64,000 bases of DNA, from positions 11,284,001 through 11,348,000 of the forward strand of contig OX597815.1 in the NCBI GenBank assembly GCA_951406725.2. Reading direction: 5' to 3'. This document shows, in pieces, positions 50,655 to 64,000 of this stretch; the first letter of the stretch is position 1, and the number at the start of each line of letters is the position of its first letter. Under the pieces are notes generated by a model that saw nothing but the letters and a program-made list of their open reading frames with translations, searched no databases and had not been told where the DNA came from. The translations under genes were made by a program, and so were the position numbers. This stretch comes from Octopus vulgaris (Eukaryota).

Positions 50655-53600
50655 TTTGCTCCTTACTGGGGTTAAATAAAACAGTCGATTTAAAAGCTTA
50701 TTTCTGTTTTATTTTATCATCTATCTCTAACGCAAAATGGCAGGTTTCTTTTCGGTGTCTAACGCATGATAGATTATTTTGTAAAAATCAAACAGCTACA
50801 AAAGACACAAGAAATAAATGAAAGCGTTTATGTGTGTGATGTAAGCCGTGCAGTATCTCTGTGTCTATGCCTAGCTGTTCGAAATAAAAGTCCGATGGAA
50901 AAAGGATCAAATTTACCACAAGATACTGGAGCCGACTTCATTGACTAAAATATAAAGGCGATGCTCCAGCTTGACCATAGTCTATAGACTGAAATTAATA
51001 AGCGAGGAAAAAGAAAACGTGTAATTTTTTGTAACCTCATAATAGCTATTTGATAATTTGAAGAATTCAAACTCTGTGTATTCGTGATAAATATTGTCTG
51101 TATGAATCCGATTTTGATTGAAATATTCTAAATGCACTCATTTTCTTCTGTTCAGTGTTGTTAACTCATTTAGCTTTAAGATGAGAATGTAATATTTCTT
51201 CCTATCCTTTTCTTTCTCCTGAGTACGATGTTCTCTGTCAGGTCCATCAATTTTGAAGAATATATTAGTCTGTGTCTAGTTGAGTTCTCTTTTCTCCGTT
51301 TCTTTGTATAACACGATATTCGTGGTCGTTTATATTAATTCGTTTCTCTTCGACGTTGCTTTGGTGTGCGTTTCTAGACTATTTGTCCGGACAGTTCCTG
51401 AACTGATTCCGTGTATTGTATGTAATAGTGTTTAGAATTGCTTGTTATCATTAACAGCGTACAAAATTGTATTTATGCTTATAGATTGTCCTTCCACCGA
51501 TGGCATTTTTGTTCTAGGATAATCTGGATTAACGTGTTTGATAATGTACTAAGCACAAAGAAGAAAAGAAGTCCTGAGTTCTTTTGCATGTTCTTCTTGT
51601 AGCGATGTGGTTTGATTTTATAATTTCATATTTTGTTCGTATGTGCATAATTGGTTATCCTATATTCATGATAGGCCTGATGTACCGGCTTCTGTCGATA
51701 TTACCTTACACATTACAAAAGTTGCTCGAAAACCAAAAAAGAAAGTGCAATATAGGAGAGTGCAAGCTGATATTCAAGTTATTGCCTTCAACACGGAATA
51801 ACTTAATTGGATTGGACATACTGTTCAACTTGTTTAATGTAGATGGTTAATTAAAAATTGAAATTGCAGTCTATATTAATGAAGACTCTTGCCAGTCATG
51901 AACTATACTGAATTTTGAACGAAGATCAGTGCTTAGTTCTACATGAAAAGATAAATGCTGGGTGTGATTTTTGTTCTCTGGTTGTGCTTGGTATCGTATG
52001 CTTGTTGTGATGATTATCTAACGATGTTTTCAAAGTCGCCAAAGAATGGACGGTGAGCAGGCACAGAAAATAAGGGAAGAAGCTCCTAATCTCACTTGAA
52101 AAATGCGTACCTGCGGAGTCTTCTAAAGTATTGTGACACACTCCAACATCTTCTAAGAAACAACTTTTCTTGAGAGCTTCGGAAATGAAAGAATTTGCTG
52201 AATCAAAATTAATATTTCTTGGTTTCAGTTAGAATGCTGATACACAAGTCATATAAATGGCAACATCTACCTTGGAAGAGATAGTTTTCATTGTGCTTCA
52301 GGTGGAACAGGCTCACATTTTTCACCAATCTAATTTTGGCAAAAAGAAATCGTTTGAGGAAGCAAATTGTGGTAGAAATAGCTTCGTTTGGAATACAACG
52401 ACGATAGCAGGTCTTCTCATTCTGCTTATAAGCTGCCACTCAACATTGCATACAATGACAGTTCTGTGTGTAATATTGAAAAATATCTCAACAGGTAGAG
52501 GTTGTGAAGCAGGCTAAGCTGCAAACGCTTGAGGCTATCATCCACTCTTAATGGGGAGTTGATAGAATCATAGGTTTGGAAATGAGAGGTAAAACTTCAT
52601 CTTTCATCAATAAGAGAGTAACACTTCATGACGTTATCACGCAGCCCAGTTTGCAAACTGGGGTCGATGGTTGGGCACTCCTTGAGAATGTCAAAATAGA
52701 ATAACAACGGGGAAAATTCTTCAACATTTATCAAGAAATGCTACTGAAATTTTATCTAAAACTCACATGGACTTGTGAAGATTATGAATGACATTCTGAG
52801 CAGGATATCTTCGCTCAAAATATGAAGCAGTACATGATATTGATACCACAACCATTTAACAAGTAGCAGTCCAGTCTAAATGGCAGAAGCCGATTTACTC
52901 TATAACTGACTTTAATGATACTGCCATTCACACAACCGAGATTCTTAATTTTACAACATTGCATCTCCACTTCAGTCTATGACTAATGATTGAGACCCTA
53001 TTGTTTTTTGCTTTCAAAATACTGGTGTACCAAATGATCTAAAAATAAGATTCTTCTACCCCGTATGATCGAAGCCACTATAACAGGCTGTGCCAAGGAG
53101 TAGATATTTTCATCCCGTGCAACCGTTCATCTTTTATTTATGCTAATTCAGGTCTCTCTGACAGATAGGTCTATGTTGCAACATAAGCGTATGTCAATCT
53201 CTGCCTTTCCCGTTTATATACGAATTCTTCGGACGCGAAGGCACAGGTCTCTCAAAGTGGCCCTACAATAACTTTTATTTTTCCCAGAGTCGAACTTGTT
53301 CTATGGTACTTTATAGTTTACTGCGTAAGCAAAACTGTTGTTATTCTTATTTACAAATTCTTTATATATTTTGTCTGTTGAACATTAAATGGCCAATTTT
53401 TGTTAATGCATTTACAACTTACAAGAAAGTTTACAAGTACCCTCACTCCCTCATATTCTCATATTCTCATGTTTTTACATATAGCTAACCCACGGGAGAC
53501 AAAAAAAAAAGGGAAGATAACCAAAATCTTTCCTCTCCACCAAACCGACAGACAAACGATGAAAAATAAAAACAAGAAAATAAACAACATTATTTTCAGA

Positions 53601-54112
53601 TGCATAAAAGTTTTAGTGTCTGCTAGCGATTTTGAAGAAACATTATAGAAAAATCCAACGCTCGTTATATCATGGAGACGAAATTCTAAAAACAAAATCT
53701 TATAAGATGACTTACAATTGACCAATATTAGTGTATATGTGTGCATGTGTGTGTGTTTGTGTATATATGTGCAGGTGTGTGTAGTTGTGTATGTGCATGT
53801 GTGTGTGTCTGTGTGTGTGTGTGTTAAAATGCAACAGTACGTCTATGTGTCTATGTGGGTATATAATTAATTCGTCTTCGGCTTTTAAAAACGATGTGAG
53901 TAGTTCTTTTCTGCTCAATTGACCAAAACAGTCTTATATCTTCACAAACTTTGCGACATTTTGCACACATATACATACATACGTACACAGATACACTTCT
54001 ACAGATATAAAAGTATATAAACGTTTATATACACAGAACCATCACACACACACACACACATAATATATATATATATATATATATATATGTAATGTTTGTG
54101 CATATATATATG

Positions 54113-54143
<31 letters not shown>

Positions 54144-54157
54144 ATATATATATTATA

Positions 54158-54337
<180 letters not shown>

Positions 54338-54839
54338 CATATATAGTTCGTCTTTCAAGATGGCTACATAAGTATGTATTAGAAACTCTTTGTCTCTGTC
54401 TTTCTCCCTCACATTATGTGGAATCTAGGATGAGTACTCAAGCGTACGCATATGCACACACACAAGAACACACACACACACACGTGCGCGCGCACATGTA
54501 CACACGCACAGTCACGCCTCCACACACACAAGCACACACCTATATTTGCTTATGTATTGTGCCATTAAGAAATGCATACACACACCATCTCATGAATGAA
54601 AAGCGTAAACACATTTACTTACGCACAATTTTTTCCCTTCTTCTTTCTCCCAATCGTACTCTCTTACTAACAGCTCGTGTCTTCCTCTCACACTCATAAA
54701 AGCACACACATGTACACGCACACATTCACACATGAACACAGACAGCCAGATAGAGACACATTTATACAAGCATAAACACACGCATATAAAGATGTAAACA
54801 CGCATTCACATACGTATGTGTTTATCAATCTATTCAGAA

Positions 54840-54840
54840 T

Positions 54841-54920
<80 letters not shown>
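54840..54920. repeat. (GATA)n microsatellite
   Basis: Direct inspection. Confidence 0.95.
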
Positions 54921-54921
<1 letters not shown>

Positions 54922-55126
54922 GGAGAGGGATAGAGAGAGAAAGAAAAAGCCCAGAGTGATAAAGAAAGGTAGACAGAGATAGAATAAAGGAAGAGGGTGA
55001 TAAAAAGAGAGAGGGGGAGTGGGGTAAACATGCACGATCGTACACATGGACGCACACACATACACACGAATAAAGTGTGAGTATATGTAAGATAAGAGAG
55101 TATATTTCTGTCTGTCTATCAATCTA

Positions 55127-55169
<43 letters not shown>

Positions 55170-55506
55170 ATATATGTATATAAACACACACATATACACA
55201 GATAGATAAATAGACATAAATACACATACGCACACACGTATATACATACATATATATATATATATACATATATATATACGCACACACACGTATATACATA
55301 TATATATATATATATACATACATATATATATACATATATGTATATACATATATATATACATATATACATACATACATATATATATATATATACATACATA
55401 TATATATATGTACTCACACACATACACCCCCCCATATATATGTGTGTATTTGTATGACAGATAGATATAAATACACCTACGCACACACACGTATATACAT
55501 ATACAT

Positions 55507-55558
<52 letters not shown>

Positions 55559-55619
55559 TCACACACATACATCGCCCATATAGATGTGTGTATGTGTATG
55601 ATAGATAAATAGATATAAA

Positions 55620-56235
55620 TACACACACACACATATATGGACACACATACACACACACACACACATATATGGACACACACACACATATATGGACACACAT
55701 ACACACACACACACATATATGGACACACACACACATATATGGACACACATACACACACACACACATATATGGACACACACACACATATATGGACACACAT
55801 ACACACACACACATATATGGACACACACACACACATATATGGACACACACACACACATATATGGACACACACACACACATATATGGACACACACACACAC
55901 ACGCACACATATATGGACACACACACACATATATGGACACACATACACACGCACACACATATATGGACACACACACACATATATGGACACACATACACAC
56001 ACACACACATATATGGACACACACACACATATATGGACACACATACACACACACACACATATATGGACACACACACACACATATATGGACACACACACAC
56101 ACATATATGGACACACACACACACGCACACATATATGGACACACACACACACATATATGGACACACACACACACATATATGGACACACACACACACATAT
56201 ATGGACACACACATACACACACACACACACAGACA
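55620..56235. repeat. Minisatellite CATATATGGA(CA)n, units of ~20-30 bp, more than 20 copies
   Basis: Repeated ATATATGGACACAC anchor with variable CA run. It accounts for the [13 protein letters not shown] ORFs. Confidence 0.95.
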
Positions 56236-57374
56236 CACAGACAGACAGAGTGAAAGTGACAGTGACTGAGACAGCAGAAATTGTTTATGTTGGTAGGTAA
56301 AGGTGCTCTAGCTCGATCATCCAAGTTGACACGGAGCGATGGACCATAAAACTTTCCAGTCTCTCAGCAGCCATGATCTACCAGTTGCTTTGTGTTCCAA
56401 CTAATTGCTTCTACCCGCTTCACTGACCCAACAAAGCAACACAACACGGGTAAAATGCAATTTCGTTAAGTTTGGAAATATCCCAAGCGAACACAGAGAA
56501 AGAGAAGGAGAAGGAGAAGGAGAAGGAGAGACCATTCACAAACGAATAGTGATTTATTCACATTCTTACTCAGCCACCCAGTGACACACAACCATACATA
56601 CACCTATATACGCAAACATACACATATACACTCGCATATACACACACATACACACATACATACGCACACATCCAAGGTATATACTATTTCTATCTGTCCA
56701 TTTATTGGTCCGTGTGTGTGTAAATGTGTGTATTTATGCATCTTTCTTTCTTTGTCTACCTCTCTATCGCTCTCTTGCTCTTCACACACACACACACACA
56801 CCCTTACATTCATACGCAACGTATACGTGAGAAGAAGTGGTGTATATGTACTCAATACTAAAAACAGAGTTGTGTTAGATTTCATTGGAGGCTAGAAAGT
56901 TCACGAAACCATATTCTGAGTTTCTTTGCTCCAATACTCGTTCAAATGAAAAAAAAAAGCGGAAGGCGTATGGAAATGATATATAAAGCAACCCTAATTA
57001 AAACTGCTTTAGGAAAATGTAAACATGCAGAAAATAAGAACAAAGGAATAAATAAATTGTCAGAAGAGGGAAATTAATGGAAGATAAACGAAAAATGAGA
57101 GGAATCGGATAAAGGAAGTAATTGAACAGGAAGTTGAATAGAACAGCAGACGATGAAGTTGAAGGAGGCGAGGTTTCGAAGGAAAATAATCGCTTAAAAA
57201 AGGAAAATTAAAGGACTTGAAGTTTAAGAAAATGAAGAATAGGAAAATGAATAAAAGAATAAAAGAAGCCAAAACAAGTAAAAGATAATGAAGAAATGAG
57301 ACTATTATAGTAACAGCGGGTTTCATGAATAAATAAGTAAGTAAAATATAAAATTAAAGAAAATAGTAATATTG

Positions 57375-57780
57375 CTTTTATATTTTGGCACGGTACCAGT
57401 AAATTCGGGAGAGTGGGAGTCGATTAAGTCGACCCCAGTGCTCATTAGGTACTTATCTAAGCGATCCCAAATGGATGAATGGCAAAGTCTACCCTGGCAC
57501 TAAAAATTTTACCCGGCGTGCTAACTCTTCCCAACTCGCTGCCTTAATGAAAATTGTAAAACTGATTTCAAATTTTGGTACAAAGCCAGCAATTTAGAAG
57601 GAAATGGGTAAGTCGATTACATCGATCCCATTGCTCAATTGGTACTTATTTTATCGATCTCGAAAGGAACGAAAGGTAAAGTCAACCTCGGTGGAATTTG
57701 ACCTCAGAACGTGAAGACGGACGAAATGCCACCAAGCATTTGCGCGACGTGCTAGCGATTCCGCCAGCTCGCTGCCTTAA
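57375..57780 (-). mobile_element. Two tandem degraded SINE family B copies
   Basis: Both copies end in CTCGCTGCCTTAATGAAAAT (~57536-57555 and ~57768-57787). Confidence 0.75.
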
Positions 57781-58199
57781 TGAAAATAATAATATTAGTT
57801 ACAAACATAGGTGTAGATTTACACAGTTCTAAAAACATTAACATTTGTAACTCATCTCTGCATTAATATTCTCTGCGCGTAAAAAATGAATTCATTGTAT
57901 TATATTTTGACAATTTGATTTAGATTAAGTAAAACAGCCACTAGTTGCTTGGCATATCTTAGAATGTAGTCATCGTAGTTGAGCTGTGTACGTTTATGGT
58001 AAATTGTATTCTAAACTCTTTGCCCCCAAATGTCGGACCTTTAAAGATGAGATATACAGAGAGAACTTATGGTTAGTTTTCCGAGATATGAACGGTAGCC
58101 AACCAGATTTAGAACAGATCTTACGAATTGATTGAGGAGCAATATTGGCATAAAGATTACGGTGAAAATTAATCTTGGTACAGATAACTTTTTCAATGT

Positions 58200-59100
58200 T
58201 ACCTTCGACTCAGCCTTTCATTGGTCCCCCCGCCTACTGGAAGACAAACTTCCAATTATTTATTATTCTTTTTATTAACAAGCGCTCTGGTAATACGCCC
58301 AGGATTCATTGAATTATTTTCCAATATAAGGGAATCTCATTATCCACAAATGAAGCTGCGCTTAATACTGCCTAACGCTACTACGACAGGCTATTCACCG
58401 TACCATTCCAATATATAGCAAGATATAATGGCTCTAGACATAACAATATCAATAAAACCTGAAAAATTTATAGTTCAATCAAGTTTTCAGCGTTAATGTA
58501 AAGACCAACTGAGCTGGAGAATTCCTTAGATTAGTCTCTCGGCAAGAGAACAGAGATATCGTAAAATCTTTCACAGAACTGCTTTCAGAGTTTACTATTC
58601 TTATGAAAACTTTGTCTCTACTATTAACCACTTGAATGGTAAAAGGCTCTCTGCTGTCAATATTAATGTTCAGAATCCTACCTACGATTGTAGGGCTACC
58701 AATAACTGCCCCCTAGATAATTACTTAGTTAAAGAGATACTTACAGATTGAGAGCGCAGCTTGACAGTGTAAGATATACACCAGGTTGACAAAAATTAAA
58801 CTGAAGGCGTTAATTTAGCCACATAAGGATCATTTCAAATATTTGCCGAAAGTTTCTATTTTACGGGTTTGTTTAAAAGCATCAGCTTTTAGAAAAGAAT
58901 TCATCCAAGATACGTTGGTGCACCTTGGAGAAAATGCTAGCCCATACAAGCACAACTGCTACCATGCTTTGAGCTAGAATGCGGATTTTTCGAGTGTGTT
59001 CTAGAAGAACACGGGAAGATAGATCAAATCTGAACCCATCGGGAAACAAGTATTAAGAACTCGCAAAAACAGTGAAAGAAAACTATATTTTAATCTAAGC
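58200..59100 (+). pseudogene. Possible ancient PLE (Poseidon/Nematis-like) coding remnant
   Basis: Weak similarity of ...FIELFSNIRESHYPQMKLRLILPNATTTGYSPYHSNI..II..HN to the PLE linker motif (FL.LI..HFP..H.L.KIFN...SYS..N). Confidence 0.25.
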
Positions 59101-60359
59101 CATCTCGGGAAACCGAATGGTTTTTCTTATATGGACTTCATATACAAAATGTATGATAGTGCGTGCGGGTGCGCTGAATTTAAATAATACTTATTTAAAC
59201 AAATTTAATACTGAATATTACAGCGTTGCACTGCGGTCGAAATTGATAGACACTTGACGTTTGAACGTCTGTTCGTGAGTTCAATTATGCCTTAAGTGGA
59301 AACGCCGAAATTTTTTTTCCATTTTTTTTTTATCAAGCATAAACTATAATTATGTCATTTTGTTACCCGTATACAGGTAATTTATAATTCGCACAGTCTT
59401 CGGCTTATTTTTTAAGAAATAAAATACCCTTAATACATTACGTGAATCAAAGATATATGAGGAAAATAAAATACAGAATGGAATATCTGTATGTCCGAAA
59501 CAGACAAACTTTGAGGCCATTCTGCATGCTGCAGATAATTCAGGAAAAATAAGTAAATTTTACACATTTCTGGATATTTAGCACTAAAAGTATACAGTAT
59601 ATAATGTCTCCAGTACTGCTGGTACTATATGTGCGCCTGTTTGTGTGTGTGTTTGAGATAGAGAGAGAGAGATAGAGAGAGAGAGGGATCGTGCGTATGT
59701 GTGTGTATGCTCAAAATGTGGCAACACCTTCAATAAAGGCTGTGAACCAGATGAAGAAGCTGCATGAAAATTTTAACCATATTGCATGATATGCTTGCAG
59801 TAGAAACATATGTCGGATACAGATAAATAAACTAAATACGATATACTACAGAATGAAATGGTAAAAACCGTGCAGATGTAGTATTCGTGTTATTCATCAG
59901 AATTGTGTAGTATATACACTCAGTAAACTGTTTATGGTCGAACGAAGCGAAACAAGGTTTTACCTATCAGAAGAAATATATTGAGCATGTTTACCTTGAA
60001 TACACCTATATTATTCCTTATCGTACAGGTTCAGTTAAATGTCACTCACATGCATGAAAATTCAGTAAAGATTTTCCTCAGATGCACCGCCACAGCAACA
60101 CGTGCGTGAAAAATGTAAAGACATGGACTGCAATATTTCTATATGAGAAATGCAAACCTGTAAGTAAAAGTTCAAATTTTAGATTTTAATTACATATGCA
60201 TCCAATGTAATTCAAAATGAAACAATTAATAAAATAAATTGAAATGAAATATTAAATTCTTGCGAGCATTTCCCGATATTTTAATTTATATATCACTTAA
60301 TGCTGGTATATAAGACTTACAGAAAGCAGTTAAATACCAACTAATGGTGGTATACAAAC

Positions 60360-61460
60360 CTTATGAAGAGTAACTTTCTAAGGATATGACAGTGGACCAC
60401 TGACACTGTAATCTTGATGTGCAGCTGGTGTGATAGTTTTTGATGCTTCGGTGAATACTTGTAAAATATTTAAACTCGCTTCGAGGAATCGCCACGTTTT
60501 TGATAGCTCCCCCTTTCAATCCGAGGGGTTTGAGACGTTTTATACTGCAAAAGTTTGTAGCAATTGCCACGTTTATTGTGGAGCATTCTCTTCTTGTATG
60601 TCATTTGTAATGATACGTGATCTGTAGCAATTATTTGTCTTTCTACTCTAAATGTCAAAATCCCGCAGAAGGTTTTTAGCCACTTATTTTTTACCGTTTA
60701 CATAGATATGTATTTTCCTAGTGTTTTAACGAAAGCCCTCATTAAGTTAGTAGTTGCATGAATGTACGCTTCAAGACCGAGTGTGGTTGTTTTAAATGAC
60801 ATTCCAAGTGAAATGAGATCTCTTACACCTTCATTCCTCAGGAGGTATTGACGTTCGAAGTCAGCTTTAGAGTTATGCATATTGTGCGAGGTGAGGTATT
60901 TTCTGATTTTTACATCTATACTTTAGATATCATGGAGACATCAGTGAATCATCTTGAAGCTATTTTGAACAACTGGTATCAGCAAACCATTTAAGGACTT
61001 AAATAGGTTTTTGTGAATAAAGCTCCATATTAAGGATAAAACTGTGCTATTCTTTTTTTAATTTTTAAAATGTATTCCTCTTGTTCAAGTTCCCTTATAG
61101 TGGTTGATATGTCAAATTTAATAGAACTTTATGAAGTGTTATCTGTGTACAATTATCTTAACCCTCCTCATCACGAATACTTTAAACAATTTTCCAGATT
61201 TTTCGTTCACTGTTATTTTTAGCATATAATTATTAGACGTCCATGGAGAAAAGGTGATTAATTGTCTTGTATTTTTAGTTGTATTGTTTTTGTATTTTAT
61301 GTCCTAAATTGTCATTATTAAACTCAAATTAACTTGACTCAGGTTTGGACTTATTCCTGGTAGGGTTTATGTGGGTAACTATCTGTAACCTTAGGTATCC
61401 GGTAGCTTTCAATAGTCGTTCAAGAGGAAAACTTTATGTAAAACATTCTATTCCTTAATT
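60360..61460 (-). pseudogene. Possible ancient R4/Dong-like LINE remnant
   Basis: MHNSKADFERQYLLRNEGVRDLISL resembles HHPKSDIERLY..R.EGGRGL of the 42880 element. Confidence 0.5.
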
Positions 61461-61521
61461 GTCCATATCTTCCTTATTATTATTATTATTATTATTGTTA
61501 TTATTATTATTATTTACAAAA

Positions 61522-61761
61522 AACGTTTCGAGTGATAAACTCTTCAGGTCACTGCCTGGAATCGAACCCAGAATCTTAGGGTTAGCTACGCGCACTCTTA
61601 ACAACTACGCCATATACCCGTGAGCAATTATGAAAGTTATTATATCCTAGCATATGTGCTGCTTCTTTTAGTTTTCGTATTTTCTGAGTTCGATTCCAGG
61701 CAGTGACCGGAAAATCGTAATAATGATAATAATAATGATAATAACAATGATAATAATAATG

Positions 61762-61824
<63 letters not shown>

Positions 61825-61965
61825 TCAAAATACCTTAGGAATGAAAATCCAGGTTCAAAATTATCCCAAGACATCTGATGAAGGCTGGAGAGTATATCAG
61901 CCAAAACGTTGTCATAACAACAAACAAGATAGGGATAAATATCCGTCAAATTTAAATAATGTAAA
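61522..61965. mobile_element. tRNA-headed element with inverted B-box segment and HHR-like motifs, embedded in (AAT)n
   Basis: Minus strand 61620-61547 reads TGGCGTAGTTGTTAAG...GGTTCGATTCCAGGCAGTGACC. An inverted copy lies at 61682-61708. An HHR-like CTGATGA-A-GGCTG...CAGCC-AAAA-CG-TT occurs at 61875-61910. Confidence 0.6.
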
Positions 61966-61977
61966 TTACTATTATTA

Positions 61978-62008
<31 letters not shown>

Positions 62009-62013
62009 CATTA

Positions 62014-62047
<34 letters not shown>

Positions 62048-62052
62048 CATTA

Positions 62053-62119
<67 letters not shown>

Positions 62120-62133
62120 CATTATTATTATTA

Positions 62134-62612
62134 TTGAGTGAGAGAGCCAGTGCATGCCATCGAAGTGAAACTGGGGTAAAATATACGAAGCCCAATATAC
62201 CCATCATGACTACCCGTCTGATAAGGGTACACTAGGCACATGCATCATAACCAAATGTGCGCGACATGGTGATCTCATATCAAGATAAACAGCGCATGAC
62301 CTTGCAGGTGGGGCCCAGTTAAAAGGTCCCTGAATAAGGATTGTTTAAGGATATTGAACGAAACACCCATGTTTCCCAAGGTGAACTATCCAAATCTCCA
62401 AGATTTCCTTTCAACACACGGTTAATGATGCTCCCCAACTACTTCTGCTCGTGATCAGAGATGCACATATCGTCAGCCACTAAGGGACATGCTCAACTGC
62501 TTAAGATCAAACAACTGATAAGCAAATCTGTGGTATTGAGCAAAATATTTGCTGTAGCCCATCTTTTATACCAAGACAAAACAATGTACATGATAATACT
62601 TCCAATCAGTTA
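62134..62612 (-). mobile_element. Interspersed repeat anchored in an (AAT)n tract (retroelement 3' end, family unassigned)
   Basis: Unique sequence ending ...GCTCTCTCACTCAATAATAAT on the minus strand. Assignment rests on context only. Confidence 0.4.
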
Positions 62613-62681
62613 AGATCGTACTGCATCAGGGTGTTTATCATCGTCGTCATTATCGTCGTCATCATCATCATCATCATCATT

Positions 62682-62734
<53 letters not shown>

Positions 62735-62739
62735 CATCA

Positions 62740-62804
<65 letters not shown>

Positions 62805-62809
62805 CAAAC

Positions 62810-62985
62810 TGGCGAGCTGGCGGAATCGTTAGCACGTCGGTCAAATTCGTCCATTCTGAGTTCAAATTCCGCCGAGATCCACTTTGTCTTTCATCCATTC
62901 GTGGTCTATGAAATAGGTATCGGCATCGGTAATCGAGTAGCCCTCTCCCTCAAATGTCAGGCCTTTGTTTCTGTAGAAGAATGGG
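62810..62985 (+). mobile_element. Degraded SINE family B
   Basis: GGCGAGCTGGCGGAATCGTTAGCACG...TTCTGAGTTCAAATTCCGCCGAG. Confidence 0.8.
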
Positions 62986-63394
62986 TTAAATGCTATATTA
63001 ATTAGCAGGGATTGCAGAGATTTTCTTCTGATGTTTGGTGACAAGTTTCCTTAAATCTAAAGAATATTTCCAAGGATTCATACAGAAAACAGGATTGCCC
63101 TTTCCTACTTGTCGACAAAGTGTGTTTTATTTGCAATATCCTCCAGCCTCTTAGACAACAGTTTTAGTGTTGTGCCATGTTCACCAATTAATACATGAAT
63201 AATTGTCATTTTAGTCCTCCACAATGTCTTCATCTCTCTGGCTAGGCCTTGATATTCCTAGTTTTCCTCATTATGTTAGGGATCCATTTTATAATTATAT
63301 GGTATTACGAAATCTATGATCTCGAAATATTTTGTTTTCGTTCTCTACAATTATATCTGGTTTTCTTGCTTTAATATTATGGACAAAAGGTGGC

Positions 63395-63720
63395 TTGCCT
63401 TTCATCCTTTCGGGGTCGATAAATTAAGTACCGGTTACGCACTTGGGTCGATGTAATCGATTTAATCCCTATATTTATCCTTGTTTTTCCCCTCTATGTT
63501 TAACCCCTTATAGGCAATAAAGAAATAAGAAACGTTAGCACACCGGGCGAAATGATTAGCGGTCTTTCGTCTGTCTTTACGTTCTGAGTCCAAATTCCGC
63601 CGAGGTTCACTTTGCCTTTCATCCTTTCGGGATCGATAAATTAAGTACCAGTTGCGCACTGGGGTCGATCTAATCGACTAGCCCCCTCCCCCAAAATTCC
63701 GTGCTTTCTGCAGAAAAGAT
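63395..63720 (+). mobile_element. SINE family B, permuted/tandem (tail-head-body), inside an old minus-strand LINE remnant
   Basis: TTGCCTTTCATCCTTTCGGG occurs twice (~63395 and ~63612), with tail GGCAATAAAGAAATAAG followed by the head remnant AACGTTAGCACACCGGGCG. The flank TTATATCTGGTTT is KPDI-like on the minus strand. Confidence 0.75.
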
Positions 63721-64000
63721 TAAGGTCAGTCTTTGTGGTAAATTCCATAAAATCCTATAATTCTTATTCTCTAATGCAGCCTCTGGCATGTCTTCATATC
63801 ACTTTTATGCTAGATTGAATCCGCAAACTCGACTAACATCCAATTACACTCTTTTACAGAAAAAAAGGCTTTGCCTCTGCATATGCTCTTTTTGTATTAG
63901 TTTATTGCATTCGGTTAAGAAATGGTTAATGCTTTCGTTTCTTATCCCAGAAATTCTTCATTTGTTCTCTGATTTAGTCTTATCAATCGTTGTCATTATC

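Noticed and set aside
51000-53300. Possible old PLE or LINE remnants in non-repetitive AT-rich sequence
   Set aside because: No motif could be read with confidence, so a profile search would be needed.

Overview
AT-rich, microsatellite-saturated eukaryotic DNA. The repeat families suggest an octopod cephalopod (Octopus-like), but this is an inference. No intact cellular gene is recognisable, and nearly all ORF-track entries are translations of (TA)n, (CA)n, (TATG)n or (AAT)n tracts. The window is a transposon graveyard: tRNA-derived SINEs of at least three families, non-autonomous Helitrons, decayed R4/Dong-, RTE- and CR1-like LINEs, and a rearranged mariner. The most notable structure is a young Penelope-like element (PLE). 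It has a 3' RT-thumb plus GIY-YIG fragment at 3929-4765 between two ~1.85 kb inverted arms, and each arm ends in a minimal hammerhead ribozyme (HHR). A set of small non-coding elements, several of them fold-back, also sits inside (TA)n tracts, and these carry minimal type I HHR motifs with palindromic stem III. Across unrelated elements the core 3-8 pair covaries (C3-G8, U3-A8, G3-C8). Together they suggest a microsatellite-targeting, ribozyme-processed family of non-autonomous PLE derivatives. All folds were assigned by eye and none has been tested.
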